Origin: Candidatus Doudnabacteria bacterium
GTDB lineage: Bacteria > Patescibacteriota > Doudnabacteria > UBA920 > O2-02-FULL-48-8
DNA: 64,000 nucleotides
Reading direction: 5' to 3'
NCBI GenBank assembly: GCA_025450105.1
Contig: JANWIA010000022.1
Coordinates: 5,630 to 69,629, forward strand
The stretch's first letter is position 1; every line of letters starts with the position of its first letter. Below the pieces are notes generated by a model that worked only from the letters and a program-made list of their open reading frames with translations, ran no database searches and was not told where the DNA came from. Both the position numbers and the translations under genes were made by a program. This document shows, piece by piece, positions 30,113 to 39,711 of the stretch.

Positions 30113-32440
30113 CTATGTGTCCCCCTGCGGATTTCTGTCTATAAGATAGTAATAAGCTTCCGCTTTGTCAAACAAAAAGAGCGCTATAGCGCTCTTTTTT
30201 AAATATTCGTGTCTTCCTGCGAAACGGGGGCCGCCGCGACGTGGGCCACGGTCGTTGCTACCTCGATCATCTCGTCGTGGTCCGCGGTCGTGTGGTCGGT
30301 CGTCGATTGTGCCGCCTTCTGGGCGAGGCAACATGACTTTGTGACTAAGATTGATTCGGCCCATGTGGTCGATCTCAACAACTTTAACTTCCAATTCATC
30401 GCCGATTTTTACAACATCTTCTACTTTGCCAACGCGCTGCCAGGCCAATTCAGAAATATGACACAAGCCGTCATGGCCCGGGGTCAACTCAACGAAAGCA
30501 CCAAAGTCCATGATGCGGTTAACTTTTCCCTTAAAGACTTCACCAATTTTAATTTCGCGAGTAAGATTATGAATCCAATCAATCGCCTTCTTTGAACCTT
30601 CGGCATCGTTGGACGTAACCATAACCAAACCGGAATCTTCAATGTCAATCTGCACGCCGGTTTCGGCAATAATTTTATTAATGACCTTACCGCCGGTTCC
30701 AATAACGTCGCGGATTTTTTCTGGGTTAATCTGCAAAGTGGTAATGCGCGGAGCATACTTGGACATTTCGGCGCGAGGTTGGGCAATAGCTTTTTGCATG
30801 ACAGAAAGAATGTGCAAGCGGCCGGCTCGGGCTTGAGTCAGCGCGTCAGCCAAAATTTCTACGGTCAGGCCTTTGGTCTTGTTATCCATTTGCATGGCAG
30901 TAATGCCTTTTTCGGATCCGGTAACTTTAAAGTCCATGTCGCCGTTACCATCTTCAATACCTTGAATGTCAGTGAGAACTTTATACTTGCCGCTGGCCGG
31001 ATCAAAAACCAATCCCATGGCCACACCACCAATCATGTCGGTGATTGGAACCCCGGCATCCATTAATGCCAAAGATGAGCCGCAAGTCGAAGCCATAGAT
31101 GTGGAACCGTTTGAACCCAAAGCTTCGGAAACCAATCGCAAAGTGTAAGGGAATTTTTCCTTTTCTGGAATAACCGGTTCGATTGCTCGTTCTGCCAAAG
31201 CGCCGTGTCCGATTTCGCGTCGGCCCGGGCCGCGGATAGGAGCAACTTCACCAACTGAATATCCTGGGAAATTGTAGTGATGAATGTAACGCTTGGTTGT
31301 GCCGTCGACACCAAAGTCTTCCATGCCATCCAAAATTTGAGCGTCGCCAGAAGAACCTAGGGTAACAACAGTAAGAATTTGGGTTTCGCCGCGATTGAAC
31401 AAAGCAGAACCATGCACGCGAGGGAGCACGCCAACTTTACATGAAACTTCGCGAGTCACGTTAAGTGGTCGTTCGTCTATGCGTCGTTCTTTTTCTAAGA
31501 TGTTCTTGCGAATAACTTTCTTTAAAACTTTTTCAAAGGCAAGTTTAGTGTGAGACTTAATGTTGAGCTCTGTATTGTCTTTAAACTTTTCTGCCACAGC
31601 AACTGCAACATCTTCGGCAATTTTAGCAATGCGTCGTTCGCGTTCAGCTTTATCGAATGTTCCGTACATTTCGGCGTCGAGTCGTGGTTCGGCAATTGCC
31701 TTAACTTCCGCCAAAACTTTTTCATCTGGCAAAACGAGTTTTACTTCCAATTTTGGAACACCAAGTTGTTTAACCAACTTGTTTTGAAGTTCAATTAATT
31801 CGCCCAATGGTTTTTGAGCAAACTTAATGGCTGCGGCCATGTCGGCTTCGGTAATTTGTTTAGCGCCAGCTTCCACCATCATAATATGTTCGCCGGTTCC
31901 AGAAACAACTAAATCTAAGTCGCCATTCTTACGATCTTCGTAAGATGGATTGATTTGAAATTCACCATTTAAGCGGCCAACACGAACAGCGGCAACTGGA
32001 CCTTCAAATGGAATGTTAGACATGCCAAGTGCGGCAGATGCGGCATTGATTGCCATAACATCTGGATCATTTACTTCATCAAGAGAAAGTGTAGTGGCAA
32101 CAATTTGAACATCATTGCGCATGCCGTCTTGGAATAGTGGGCGCAAAGATCGGTCTAAAAGACGGCCAGACAAAACTGCTTCGTCTGTAGCACGGCCTTC
32201 ACGCTTAATAAAGCGAGAGCCTTTGATTTTTCCCGCGGCATAAAGTCTTTCCTCATAATCAACAAGTAATGGAAAGTATTCCATTCCGTCGCGAATATTT
32301 TTGCCCATTGTTGCGGTAACCAAAACCACCGTGTCGCCAAGTTGCGCGACAACGGAACCGTTGGCCTGTTGGGCCAACTCACCGGCTTCGAGCGAGAATT
32401 TCTTCCCGGCTAGATCCAGCTCTACCTTTGTATTCTTCAT
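30113..32440 (-). CDS. pnp: polyribonucleotide nucleotidyltransferase
   Basis: Two RNase PH domains (RREIGHG, GDMDFKV), KH and S1 domains; start at MKNTKV; 3' end runs through a terminator. Confidence 0.97.
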   Translation of the reverse strand: MKNTKVELDLAGKKFSLEAGELAQQANGSVVAQLGDTVVLVTATMGKNIRDGMEYFPLLVDYEERLYAAGKIKGSRFIKREGRATDEAVLSGRLLDRSLRPLFQDGMRNDVQIVATTLSLDEVNDPDVMAINAASAALGMSNIPFEGPVAAVRVGRLNGEFQINPSYEDRKNGDLDLVVSGTGEHIMMVEAGAKQITEADMAAAIKFAQKPLGELIELQNKLVKQLGVPKLEVKLVLPDEKVLAEVKAIAEPRLDAEMYGTFDKAERERRIAKIAEDVAVAVAEKFKDNTELNIKSHTKLAFEKVLKKVIRKNILEKERRIDERPLNVTREVSCKVGVLPRVHGSALFNRGETQILTVVTLGSSGDAQILDGMEDFGVDGTTKRYIHHYNFPGYSVGEVAPIRGPGRREIGHGALAERAIEPVIPEKEKFPYTLRLVSEALGSNGSTSMASTCGSSLALMDAGVPITDMIGGVAMGLVFDPASGKYKVLTDIQGIEDGNGDMDFKVTGSEKGITAMQMDNKTKGLTVEILADALTQARAGRLHILSVMQKAIAQPRAEMSKYAPRITTLQINPEKIRDVIGTGGKVINKIIAETGVQIDIEDSGLVMVTSNDAEGSKKAIDWIHNLTREIKIGEVFKGKVNRIMDFGAFVELTPGHDGLCHISELAWQRVGKVEDVVKIGDELEVKVVEIDHMGRINLSHKVMLPRPEGGTIDDRPHDRGPRRDDRGSNDRGPRRGGPRFAGRHEYLKKSAIALFLFDKAEAYYYLIDRNPQGDT
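30174..30200. terminator. bidirectional terminator at the end of pnp
   Basis: AAAAAGAGCGCTATAGCGCTCTTTTTT. Confidence 0.8.
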
Positions 32441-32454
32441 TGAGAACCTTTTGT

Positions 32455-32622
32455 TTCCGCTGTTGTATCTAGTAACACAAGTCATACAAGATCGCCTTCT
32501 TTGTCATTGCGAGGAGCCGAAGGCGACGTGGCAATCTTTTTCATAGAAATGATTGCTTCGCTTCGCTCGCAATGACAGGAGATGAGCTTGTATCACCTGT
32601 GCGTTCTATCTACTTGGCGGAA
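32455..32622 (-). promoter_or_regulatory. long imperfect stem in the pnp 5' UTR (RNase III-type autoregulatory leader)
   Basis: TTCCGC/GCGGAA and ATACAAG/CTTGTAT arms enclose a REP-like element. Confidence 0.55.
32502..32577. repeat. TGTCATTGCGAG-type palindromic element (RPE/REP-like)
   Basis: TGTCATTGCGAG...GCAATC...GATTGC...CTCGCAATGACA. Confidence 0.85.
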
Positions 32623-32677
32623 TTAATTATTTTTATACTTAAGGCCATAAAGCAAACGCGTTATGGCCTTAGATAAT

Positions 32678-32944
32678 TTATACGTTCAATTTAAGCTTGG
32701 CAACCAATTTATCCCAGCGCTTTTCGTCTTCGGCTTTAAGATAACGGAGCAAGCGTCGGCGATTACCAACCATTTTGAGCAATCCTCGGCGGGAATGGTT
32801 GTCTTTCTTATGTTCTTGCAAATGCTCAGAAACCTTTTCGATTTCTGTGGTCAAAATTGCAATCTGGACTTCTGGCGAACCAGTGTCGTCCTTGTGCACT
32901 TGAAACTTCTTAATAATCGCTTCTTTTTCCTTTGGAGTTAACAT
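32678..32944 (-). CDS. rpsO: 30S ribosomal protein S15
   Basis: [36 protein letters not shown]. Confidence 0.98.
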   Translation of the reverse strand: MLTPKEKEAIIKKFQVHKDDTGSPEVQIAILTTEIEKVSEHLQEHKKDNHSRRGLLKMVGNRRRLLRYLKAEDEKRWDKLVAKLKLNV

Positions 32945-33090
32945 GTGTTTCCTTTGTCACGCAGCGGCCAGGACAAGCCACTCGTCGAATTAATTAAAGT
33001 TACTTTACCACATTTTTCCCTTTTTCGCAAATGTCGCACAACCAATACTTTTTTGCATTGTACGACAATGCTATAATTAATATATGAACT

Positions 33091-33116
33091 GGATCCTGAC
33101 CTCCGTCAGGATGACA
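33091..33116. repeat. single REP-like palindrome in the xer leader
   Basis: GGATCCTGACCTCCGTCAGGATGACA. Confidence 0.7.
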
Positions 33117-33122
33117 ATACTT

Positions 33123-34082
33123 ATGCCTGAAACTAAAATCACCAAATTAGACCGCTATTACATTCAATTCCTGGAATATATGGAAATTGAACGTAACCGA
33201 TCCAAGCTTACCTTGCGAAATTACGACCACTATCTTAAACGATTTGTGGAGTTTTGTAAGTCTCAGGGCGTCACTGACCCCGAAGACGTTGATTTGGAAT
33301 TAGTCCGTTCATTCCGCTTATACTTAAACCGCTTAACCGAAAAGAATAAATCGCTCAAGATAATTACCCAGAATTATCACTTAATCGCCATTCGAAGCTT
33401 TTTAAAGTATTTAGCCCGCCGCGACATTAAATCTTTAGCTGCGGAAAAGATAGAATTGCCAAAAACACCCTCGCGATCTGTGAGTTTTTTGGAAGTCGAC
33501 GAAGTCGAACGGTTACTCGACGCCACGAACCAGGAAAAGGATAAATTGACCAGATTGCGCGACCGCGCAATTCTTGAACTGTTATTTTCCACTGGCCTGC
33601 GTATTTCAGAACTCGTTAGTCTCAAGAAGGACCAAGTAAACATTAAGCGCGGCGAATTTTCTGTCCGCGGTAAAGGCGACAAAATGCGCTTGGTATTTTT
33701 ATCTGACCGCGCCAAGAATGCACTTGAAGCTTATGCCAAAGCTCGCACTGACAATTCCAAAGCAATTTTCATCCGTCACGATTCTAAGGAATCCGTAGAA
33801 CAACAAATGAAATCTTTGGACAAACCAATGCCTGGATTAACCCCACGCACGGTTCAGCGATTGATAATAAAATATCAACTGCTTGCCGGAATTACAAAAA
33901 GTATCAGTCCACATACTTTACGCCATTCATTTGCTACGGACATGCTGGCCAATGGTGCAGACTTGCGATCAGTCCAAGAATTGCTAGGTCATGCCTCAAT
34001 TTCGACTACACAAATTTATACTCACTTAACCAACAAACGTTTACGGGATATTTACGACAAATTCCACAATCAAAAGCATTAG
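33123..34082 (+). CDS. Xer-family site-specific tyrosine recombinase
   Basis: RDRAILELLFSTGLRISEL, GKGDKMR, SPHTLRHSFAT, LLGHASISTTQIYTH; XerC vs XerD not assignable by eye. Confidence 0.9.
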   Translation: MPETKITKLDRYYIQFLEYMEIERNRSKLTLRNYDHYLKRFVEFCKSQGVTDPEDVDLELVRSFRLYLNRLTEKNKSLKIITQNYHLIAIRSFLKYLARRDIKSLAAEKIELPKTPSRSVSFLEVDEVERLLDATNQEKDKLTRLRDRAILELLFSTGLRISELVSLKKDQVNIKRGEFSVRGKGDKMRLVFLSDRAKNALEAYAKARTDNSKAIFIRHDSKESVEQQMKSLDKPMPGLTPRTVQRLIIKYQLLAGITKSISPHTLRHSFATDMLANGADLRSVQELLGHASISTTQIYTHLTNKRLRDIYDKFHNQKH

Positions 34083-34085
34083 TTC

Positions 34086-34286
34086 AGATCCTGACATTCG
34101 TCAGGATGGGTAAAAACATAACCCCATCCTGAATTTATTTCAGGATCTCAATCAGATCCCAAAACAAGACCCGTCTGACGGGTCAAGTTCGAGACGAAAA
34201 AAAACAACATGCAATCGCGGACTTGATCCGCGATCTAAATAAAAATCCCCGTTCTTGACCCGTGTGACGGGTTTCGCGGGGATTGC
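34086..34286. repeat. REP-like cluster (5 units), two carrying a nested 15-bp insertion
   Basis: CAAG-[ACCCGTCTGACGGGT]-CAAG at 34165-34187; CTTG-[ACCCGTGTGACGGGT]-TTCG at 34254-34276. Confidence 0.85.
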
Positions 34287-34300
34287 TTTTTTATTCCTGT

Positions 34301-36064
34301 TTATACTCTCACGACTTCGCGTTCTTTGCTAGCGATTTGCTGGCGCCACAGCGCGTAGTACAAGCCTTGTTCTTTGAGTAACTGGTCGTGGTTACCCGAC
34401 TCAACGACTTTCCCCTTTTCCAAAACAAAAATTTTGTCTGCATGAGAAATGGTCGATAACCGATGCGCCACCAAAATCGTAATCAATTCCGGATGCGCTT
34501 TTTCAATGTCTTTAATTGTCGTGGTGATTGATTCTTCTGTAATTGAATCTAAACTAGAGGTAGCTTCGTCGAAAATAATAATTTCCGGATTACGCAACAA
34601 TGCACGGGCAATAGCTAAGCGCTGTTTTTCGCCGCCAGAAATCTTAAGTCCACCTTCGCCGATTTTAGTATCCAAGCCCTTGTCGCCGCGTTGCAGTAAA
34701 CTATTAGCTGCCGAAGCATTCAAAGCTTGGACACATTCTTCATCAGTGGCCTTTGGGCTAGCGAACAATAAATTCTCTCGGATTGTTCCAGCAAACAATT
34801 GGGTGTCCTGGGCTACTAACCCTAATTTCTTGCGGATCTGTTCAAAGTCTAACCGGGACGTGTCTGTGTCATTGAATTTAATTTGGCCTTTGGTTGGCTT
34901 ATATAAACCAACGATCAACTTTACCATTGTGGTTTTGCCACTACCAGATGGGCCAACAAATGCCACGGTGTCACCGGATTTAATTTCGGTTGTGACATTT
35001 TCCACGGCTGGTGATTGAGTTGGATCATAACCAAACGAAACATCCTCAAATTTAATGGAATTGATTTTGGTTAAGGCAACCGGCTGTTCTGGTTTTGGTT
35101 CTGGCTTAACTTTAAGAATTTCATCCAAGCGTTCCAAACTGGCCGATGCTTCCTGGTATTGTTGAATGACATCGCCAAACTGCCCCAATGGCATGAAGAT
35201 TGTGAAGGAATAGAAAAGTAATGTGAAAAATTCCCCCAAAGACACAGCGCCGGTATAAACCAACCACATCAGTAATAAAGACAATAATGATCGCAGAGCG
35301 TTAACAGTCGTGCCCTGGATAAAACTAAATGTTCGGATAATTTTAATTTTTTCCAATTCCAATTTGAGGATTTGGTCGTTGGTGTCGTTTAGGCGTTTGA
35401 TTTCCTGATTTTCCAAACCTAAACTTTTTACCAATTCCACGTTGCGGATAGTTTCGGTTGTGGCTCCAGCCAAACTCGCCGTCTCGCGGATAATGCGCAT
35501 TTGCGCAGCCTTGATCCGGCTGCTAATTAAATATGTTGCAGTGCCCAAAATCGGGATAATAAGGAAGTAGCCCAAGCCAATCATCCAATGAACGTAAAAG
35601 GCATATCCCAAAACCACCAAAATTCCAACCATAGAGAAGAACAGAATGTTGACACTGCTGGTGATTAACATTTGGGCATCGGTCCGAGCCTTTTGAAGCT
35701 TCTGCAGATATTCACCGGAACGCTGGTCTTCAAAAACGGCGTATGGCAAAGAAAACGAATGCTGCACGCTGTGGGCATACATTTTGGTGCCGACGTTCTG
35801 CACAACAACATTCAAATAGTAATCCTGGAAATTTTTGGCAACGCGGGATACAAAAGCTACGCCGACACCGCCCAACAGCAATAATCCCACGCCGGAAACA
35901 AACTCTGTTTGAGAAATTTCGTTGATCCGCGACAAATATTTATCAACGGTTAATCGGAACAGCTGTGGATCCAACAATGAAAAAACCTGGTTGATAATAG
36001 CCAGGAACAGTGCGCCGAATAGAGTCTTTTTATAATTTTTTAGAAAATTCCAAAGTAATCTCAT
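34301..36064 (-). CDS. ABC exporter, fused permease/ATPase
   Basis: TM domain, GPSGSGKT, ISGGEKQR, FDEATSSLD, AHRLST. Confidence 0.95.
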   Translation of the reverse strand: MRLLWNFLKNYKKTLFGALFLAIINQVFSLLDPQLFRLTVDKYLSRINEISQTEFVSGVGLLLLGGVGVAFVSRVAKNFQDYYLNVVVQNVGTKMYAHSVQHSFSLPYAVFEDQRSGEYLQKLQKARTDAQMLITSSVNILFFSMVGILVVLGYAFYVHWMIGLGYFLIIPILGTATYLISSRIKAAQMRIIRETASLAGATTETIRNVELVKSLGLENQEIKRLNDTNDQILKLELEKIKIIRTFSFIQGTTVNALRSLLSLLLMWLVYTGAVSLGEFFTLLFYSFTIFMPLGQFGDVIQQYQEASASLERLDEILKVKPEPKPEQPVALTKINSIKFEDVSFGYDPTQSPAVENVTTEIKSGDTVAFVGPSGSGKTTMVKLIVGLYKPTKGQIKFNDTDTSRLDFEQIRKKLGLVAQDTQLFAGTIRENLLFASPKATDEECVQALNASAANSLLQRGDKGLDTKIGEGGLKISGGEKQRLAIARALLRNPEIIIFDEATSSLDSITEESITTTIKDIEKAHPELITILVAHRLSTISHADKIFVLEKGKVVESGNHDQLLKEQGLYYALWRQQIASKEREVVRV

Positions 36065-36115
36065 GGCGTTTATTATTCCATATTATCTTGAATATGGCAA
36101 TGTTCTGATGATTAA

Positions 36116-36171
36116 AGATCCCGAAACTAGTTCGGGATGGGTAACCATCCTGATCGATAAGTCAGAATGAC
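36116..36171. repeat. REP-like doublet
   Basis: AGATCCCGAAACTAGTTCGGGATGG plus degenerate CCATCCTGA...TCAGAATGAC. Confidence 0.8.
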
Positions 36172-36187
36172 GTTAGAGGTTGATACG

Positions 36188-36703
36188 CTATTTCTTCTTC
36201 CTTATCAAGCGGGCGACAATAAGTCCGGTGATGAGACCGATGACCAAATAAACAACTGACGGCAAAGATCCGCCACTTGGAGCATTATCGCCAATCACTG
36301 GCGCGGTAACATTCAAGGTCAAATCAGTTTGGACAATTGTTTTTTGATCCTTCTGGTAATTGACTGTCAACAAATATTCGCCGGCTCTTGGAAAAGTATA
36401 GGTCATAATTGCGGCATTCAAACCTTGTCTCGGTAAAGTTGCAATAAACACTGGTTCCGAATCATGCTCAAACTTAACCCAGACGACATCGAAATCAATT
36501 AGCTTTTTGTCGGTCGCGCCAAAAACAGAAAAATCAAAACGATTTGAATCCCCTAAACTCAAAATCGGATTAGTGTAACCAATGTCGACTAAGTAGTTGT
36601 CGACAATCTTTTCGACATAACCGCCGCTGCCATGTGCACCAACAAAAAGAGGCATGGCTAGCAAACCCAAGATTAAGATGATTTTTGATTTCCAATGCTT
36701 CAT
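36188..36703 (-). CDS. exported Ig-like protein with C-terminal membrane anchor
   Basis: Signal peptide ending VGA-H, YTFPRAGEY, C-terminal TM plus KKK. Confidence 0.75.
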   Translation of the reverse strand: MKHWKSKIILILGLLAMPLFVGAHGSGGYVEKIVDNYLVDIGYTNPILSLGDSNRFDFSVFGATDKKLIDFDVVWVKFEHDSEPVFIATLPRQGLNAAIMTYTFPRAGEYLLTVNYQKDQKTIVQTDLTLNVTAPVIGDNAPSGGSLPSVVYLVIGLITGLIVARLIRKKK

Positions 36704-36807
36704 AAAGATAATTAATTGTACCGCATTTTATGCCGAACCACCAACTTTGCAAAAACTTGCAGTTTGTGGTGTAAATTTAACTAGCGTGTTAAAATAGAGC
36801 CAAGCAA

Positions 36808-37749
36808 ATGACTAATAAAGAAACTAAAACAAAAGTTATTACAGTTGCCATCTTCGCGGCAATTTTGGTCGCTTTTTTTGCCCTGCTAATCGGTGACAAC
36901 AACGTCGCGTTGCTCAACCCAAAAGGAATTATCGCCGCCCAACAAAAATCTCTGATAATTACTTTAATTGGCCTAATGCTGATCATTGTTATTCCCGTTC
37001 TGACGGCAACATTTTTTATTTCTTGGAAATACCGCGAAGGTAATCCTGCCTCTGAATACACTCCCAACAAAGTTAACACGCTCACCCAACAACTGACATT
37101 ATGGAGCTTCCCTGTCGTCATCATTTTTTTTATGAGCATAATCATGTGGCAAAGCACTCATAAATTGGATCCGTTCAAACCAATTGCTTCTGCCAACAAA
37201 CCAATAACAATCCAAGTCGTGGCTTTACAATGGAAATGGTTATTTATTTATCCGGAACAGCAAATTGCCACAATAAACTTTGTCCAATTCCCCGAGCAGA
37301 CCCCAATTAACTTTGAACTGACCGCCGACGCGCCAATGAATTCGTTTTGGATTCCGCAATTGGGCGGGCAAATGTATTCCATGCCTGGCATGAAAACGCA
37401 TTTGAATTTGATGGCAACTGAACAAGGGGAATTTGCAGGATCTGCCGCGGAAATTAGCGGCAGCGGATTTGCCGGCATGAAATTTGTTGCCAAATCCAGT
37501 TCGCAACAAGATTTTGATCAATGGATAAAATTTGTAAAAAATTTCAATTCTGCGTTGGACATGGAAGCTTATGAACAAATATCCGAACCTTCGGAATACG
37601 ACCCCGTTGCCTACTATTCCGTGGCCGAAGAAAAGTTATTCGATAATGTTATGATGCAATTCATGCCGCAAGAATCTCACATGCAAACACACAGTATGCT
37701 CGACACGATTCCCGTTCCCCTCCCTCCAAAACCAATTAACACACTATAA
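36808..37749 (+). CDS. cyoA: cytochrome bo3 quinol oxidase subunit II
   Basis: LLNPKG, THKLDP, WKWLFIYPEQ, MNSFWIPQLGGQMY; no CuA cysteines. Confidence 0.95.
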   Translation: MTNKETKTKVITVAIFAAILVAFFALLIGDNNVALLNPKGIIAAQQKSLIITLIGLMLIIVIPVLTATFFISWKYREGNPASEYTPNKVNTLTQQLTLWSFPVVIIFFMSIIMWQSTHKLDPFKPIASANKPITIQVVALQWKWLFIYPEQQIATINFVQFPEQTPINFELTADAPMNSFWIPQLGGQMYSMPGMKTHLNLMATEQGEFAGSAAEISGSGFAGMKFVAKSSSQQDFDQWIKFVKNFNSALDMEAYEQISEPSEYDPVAYYSVAEEKLFDNVMMQFMPQESHMQTHSMLDTIPVPLPPKPINTL

Positions 37750-39711
37750 ATGTTTGGCAAACTCACATTAGCAGCGCTCCCACACGAATGGTTCACGATT
37801 GGCGGCACATTGTTTATGGCCGCATCGGGAATCGTGCTTTTTGCCGCGTTGACCTACTACAAAAAATGGGGCTGGTTGTGGAATGACTGGCTGACTTCCA
37901 CTGACCCAAAAAAAATCGGGATCATGTACGTCATTGTTGCGGCCGCGATGTTTGCGCGCGGCGCCTTGGATGCGGCCATCATCTGGTTTCATCAAGCAAT
38001 TTCGGTTGGACCAAATTCAGGATTGATGGACGCCGATCATTTTCAGCAAATCTTTACCGCCCATGGCGACATCATGATCTTTTTCGTGACCATGGGATTT
38101 TTGTTTGGTTTGCTTAACTACATTGTTCCGCTGCAAATTGGCGCGCGCGACGTGGCCTTCCCGTTCCTGAACACTTTAGGATTCTGGTTGTTTGTTGCCG
38201 GAGCGATTCTCATTAATTTATTCTTTGTCCTTGGCGGGGATTTTGCGGCCACGGGTTGGCTGGCGCAGGCGCCACTGTCGGAACTGGAATTCAGCCCCGG
38301 GGTCGGCGTGGATTATTGGATCTGGAGTTTGCAGGTTTCCGGACTCGGTACGCTGTTGGGCGGCATTAATTTATTAGTGACGATTTTAAAAATGCGCGCG
38401 CCAGGCATGACGCTCATGAAAATGCCGTTGTTTGTTTGGACCACGCTCTGCAGTATGGTCTTAGTCACGACAATTTTCCCAATCCTGACCATGACTATCT
38501 TCCTATTGTTCGTGGACCGGTATTTTGGCATGCACTTTTTTACTACCACCGGCGGCGGCAATCCAATGATGTACACCAACTTAATTTGGATGTGGGGCCA
38601 TCCGGAAGTTTATGTTTTAATTTTACCGGCGTTTGGGATTTATTCGGAAGTTGTCCAAACCTTTAGCCAAAAACGGTTAGCTGGTTACGTGTCGCTGGTT
38701 TGCGGCGCAATCGGCATTTCCATATTGGCGCTTGTCGTTTGGTTGCATCACTTCTTTACCATGGGCGCCGATTCCAATGTCAACGCCTTCTTTGGATTGA
38801 TGACTATGCTCATTGCTATTCCGACTGGTGTGCAAATTTTGAGCTGGCTAGCCACAATGTATAAAGGCAGGATCAAATTCACAACGCCAATGAAATGGTT
38901 TTTGGGATTCGTCAGCACTTTTACTTTTGGCGGCATGGCCGGACTGTTGTTAGCCGCGCCTCCTGCCGATTTCCAACTACATAACAGTTTATTTTTGGTC
39001 GCACACGTCCACACCATGATTGTCGGCGGCGCCCTGTTTGGAATTTTTGCCGGAATTATTTATTGGTTTCCAAAAGTTACCGGCTTCAAGCTTAACGAAA
39101 AAATCGGCAACTACGCATTTTGGTTTTGGCTGGTCGGGTTTTTCCTGTCCTTTACCCCACTTTATATTTTGGGGTTGATGGGCGCCACACGCCGCTTGGA
39201 CCACTATGAAGCATCAACCGGTTGGCAACCGCTGTTTATTGTTTCGGCCATCGGTTTGGTTGTCATTGCCATTGGTTTTGGTTTGCAGCTGTTGCAAATT
39301 TTCGTCAGCTACCTGCAGCGCAAACAAAATGCCGACACCACGGGCGATCCATGGAACGGCCGAACACTGGAATGGATGACCCAGTCCCCGCCGCCGGTTT
39401 ATAATTTTGCGATTGTGCCTCATGTAGAATCCCGCGAACCGCTGTGGGACTTGAAGCAGGCAGGAGGCAGAAGGCAAGAGACAGGACAATACGAAGATAT
39501 TCATATGCCAAAAAATACACCGCTGGGAATTTATACTGCCGGTTTTGCTTTCTTAATTGGTTTTGCTTTTATTTGGCACATTACTTGGTTGGTCATCGTC
39601 GGGTTAATCGGCGCCGTTGCCTGCATGATTTGGCGAACATTTGATGATGAGACGGAATATAAAATTAAAGCCTCAGAACTGGCAAAAATGGAATCAAAAC
39701 GAAACCTATGA
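37750..39711 (+). CDS. cyoB: cytochrome bo3 quinol oxidase subunit I
   Basis: TAHG, WGHPEVY, WLHH, AHVH; quinol-site R/D/H/Q residues present. Confidence 0.97.
   Translation: MFGKLTLAALPHEWFTIGGTLFMAASGIVLFAALTYYKKWGWLWNDWLTSTDPKKIGIMYVIVAAAMFARGALDAAIIWFHQAISVGPNSGLMDADHFQQIFTAHGDIMIFFVTMGFLFGLLNYIVPLQIGARDVAFPFLNTLGFWLFVAGAILINLFFVLGGDFAATGWLAQAPLSELEFSPGVGVDYWIWSLQVSGLGTLLGGINLLVTILKMRAPGMTLMKMPLFVWTTLCSMVLVTTIFPILTMTIFLLFVDRYFGMHFFTTTGGGNPMMYTNLIWMWGHPEVYVLILPAFGIYSEVVQTFSQKRLAGYVSLVCGAIGISILALVVWLHHFFTMGADSNVNAFFGLMTMLIAIPTGVQILSWLATMYKGRIKFTTPMKWFLGFVSTFTFGGMAGLLLAAPPADFQLHNSLFLVAHVHTMIVGGALFGIFAGIIYWFPKVTGFKLNEKIGNYAFWFWLVGFFLSFTPLYILGLMGATRRLDHYEASTGWQPLFIVSAIGLVVIAIGFGLQLLQIFVSYLQRKQNADTTGDPWNGRTLEWMTQSPPPVYNFAIVPHVESREPLWDLKQAGGRRQETGQYEDIHMPKNTPLGIYTAGFAFLIGFAFIWHITWLVIVGLIGAVACMIWRTFDDETEYKIKASELAKMESKRNL

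Noticed and set aside
33123-34082. Integrase of a prophage or genomic island
   Set aside because: Housekeeping Xer-like sequence beside rpsO; no phage genes or att repeats seen
34086-34286. Possible CRISPR array
   Set aside because: Units alternate in orientation, differ in sequence and lack regular unique spacers; no cas genes; fits REP-like elements
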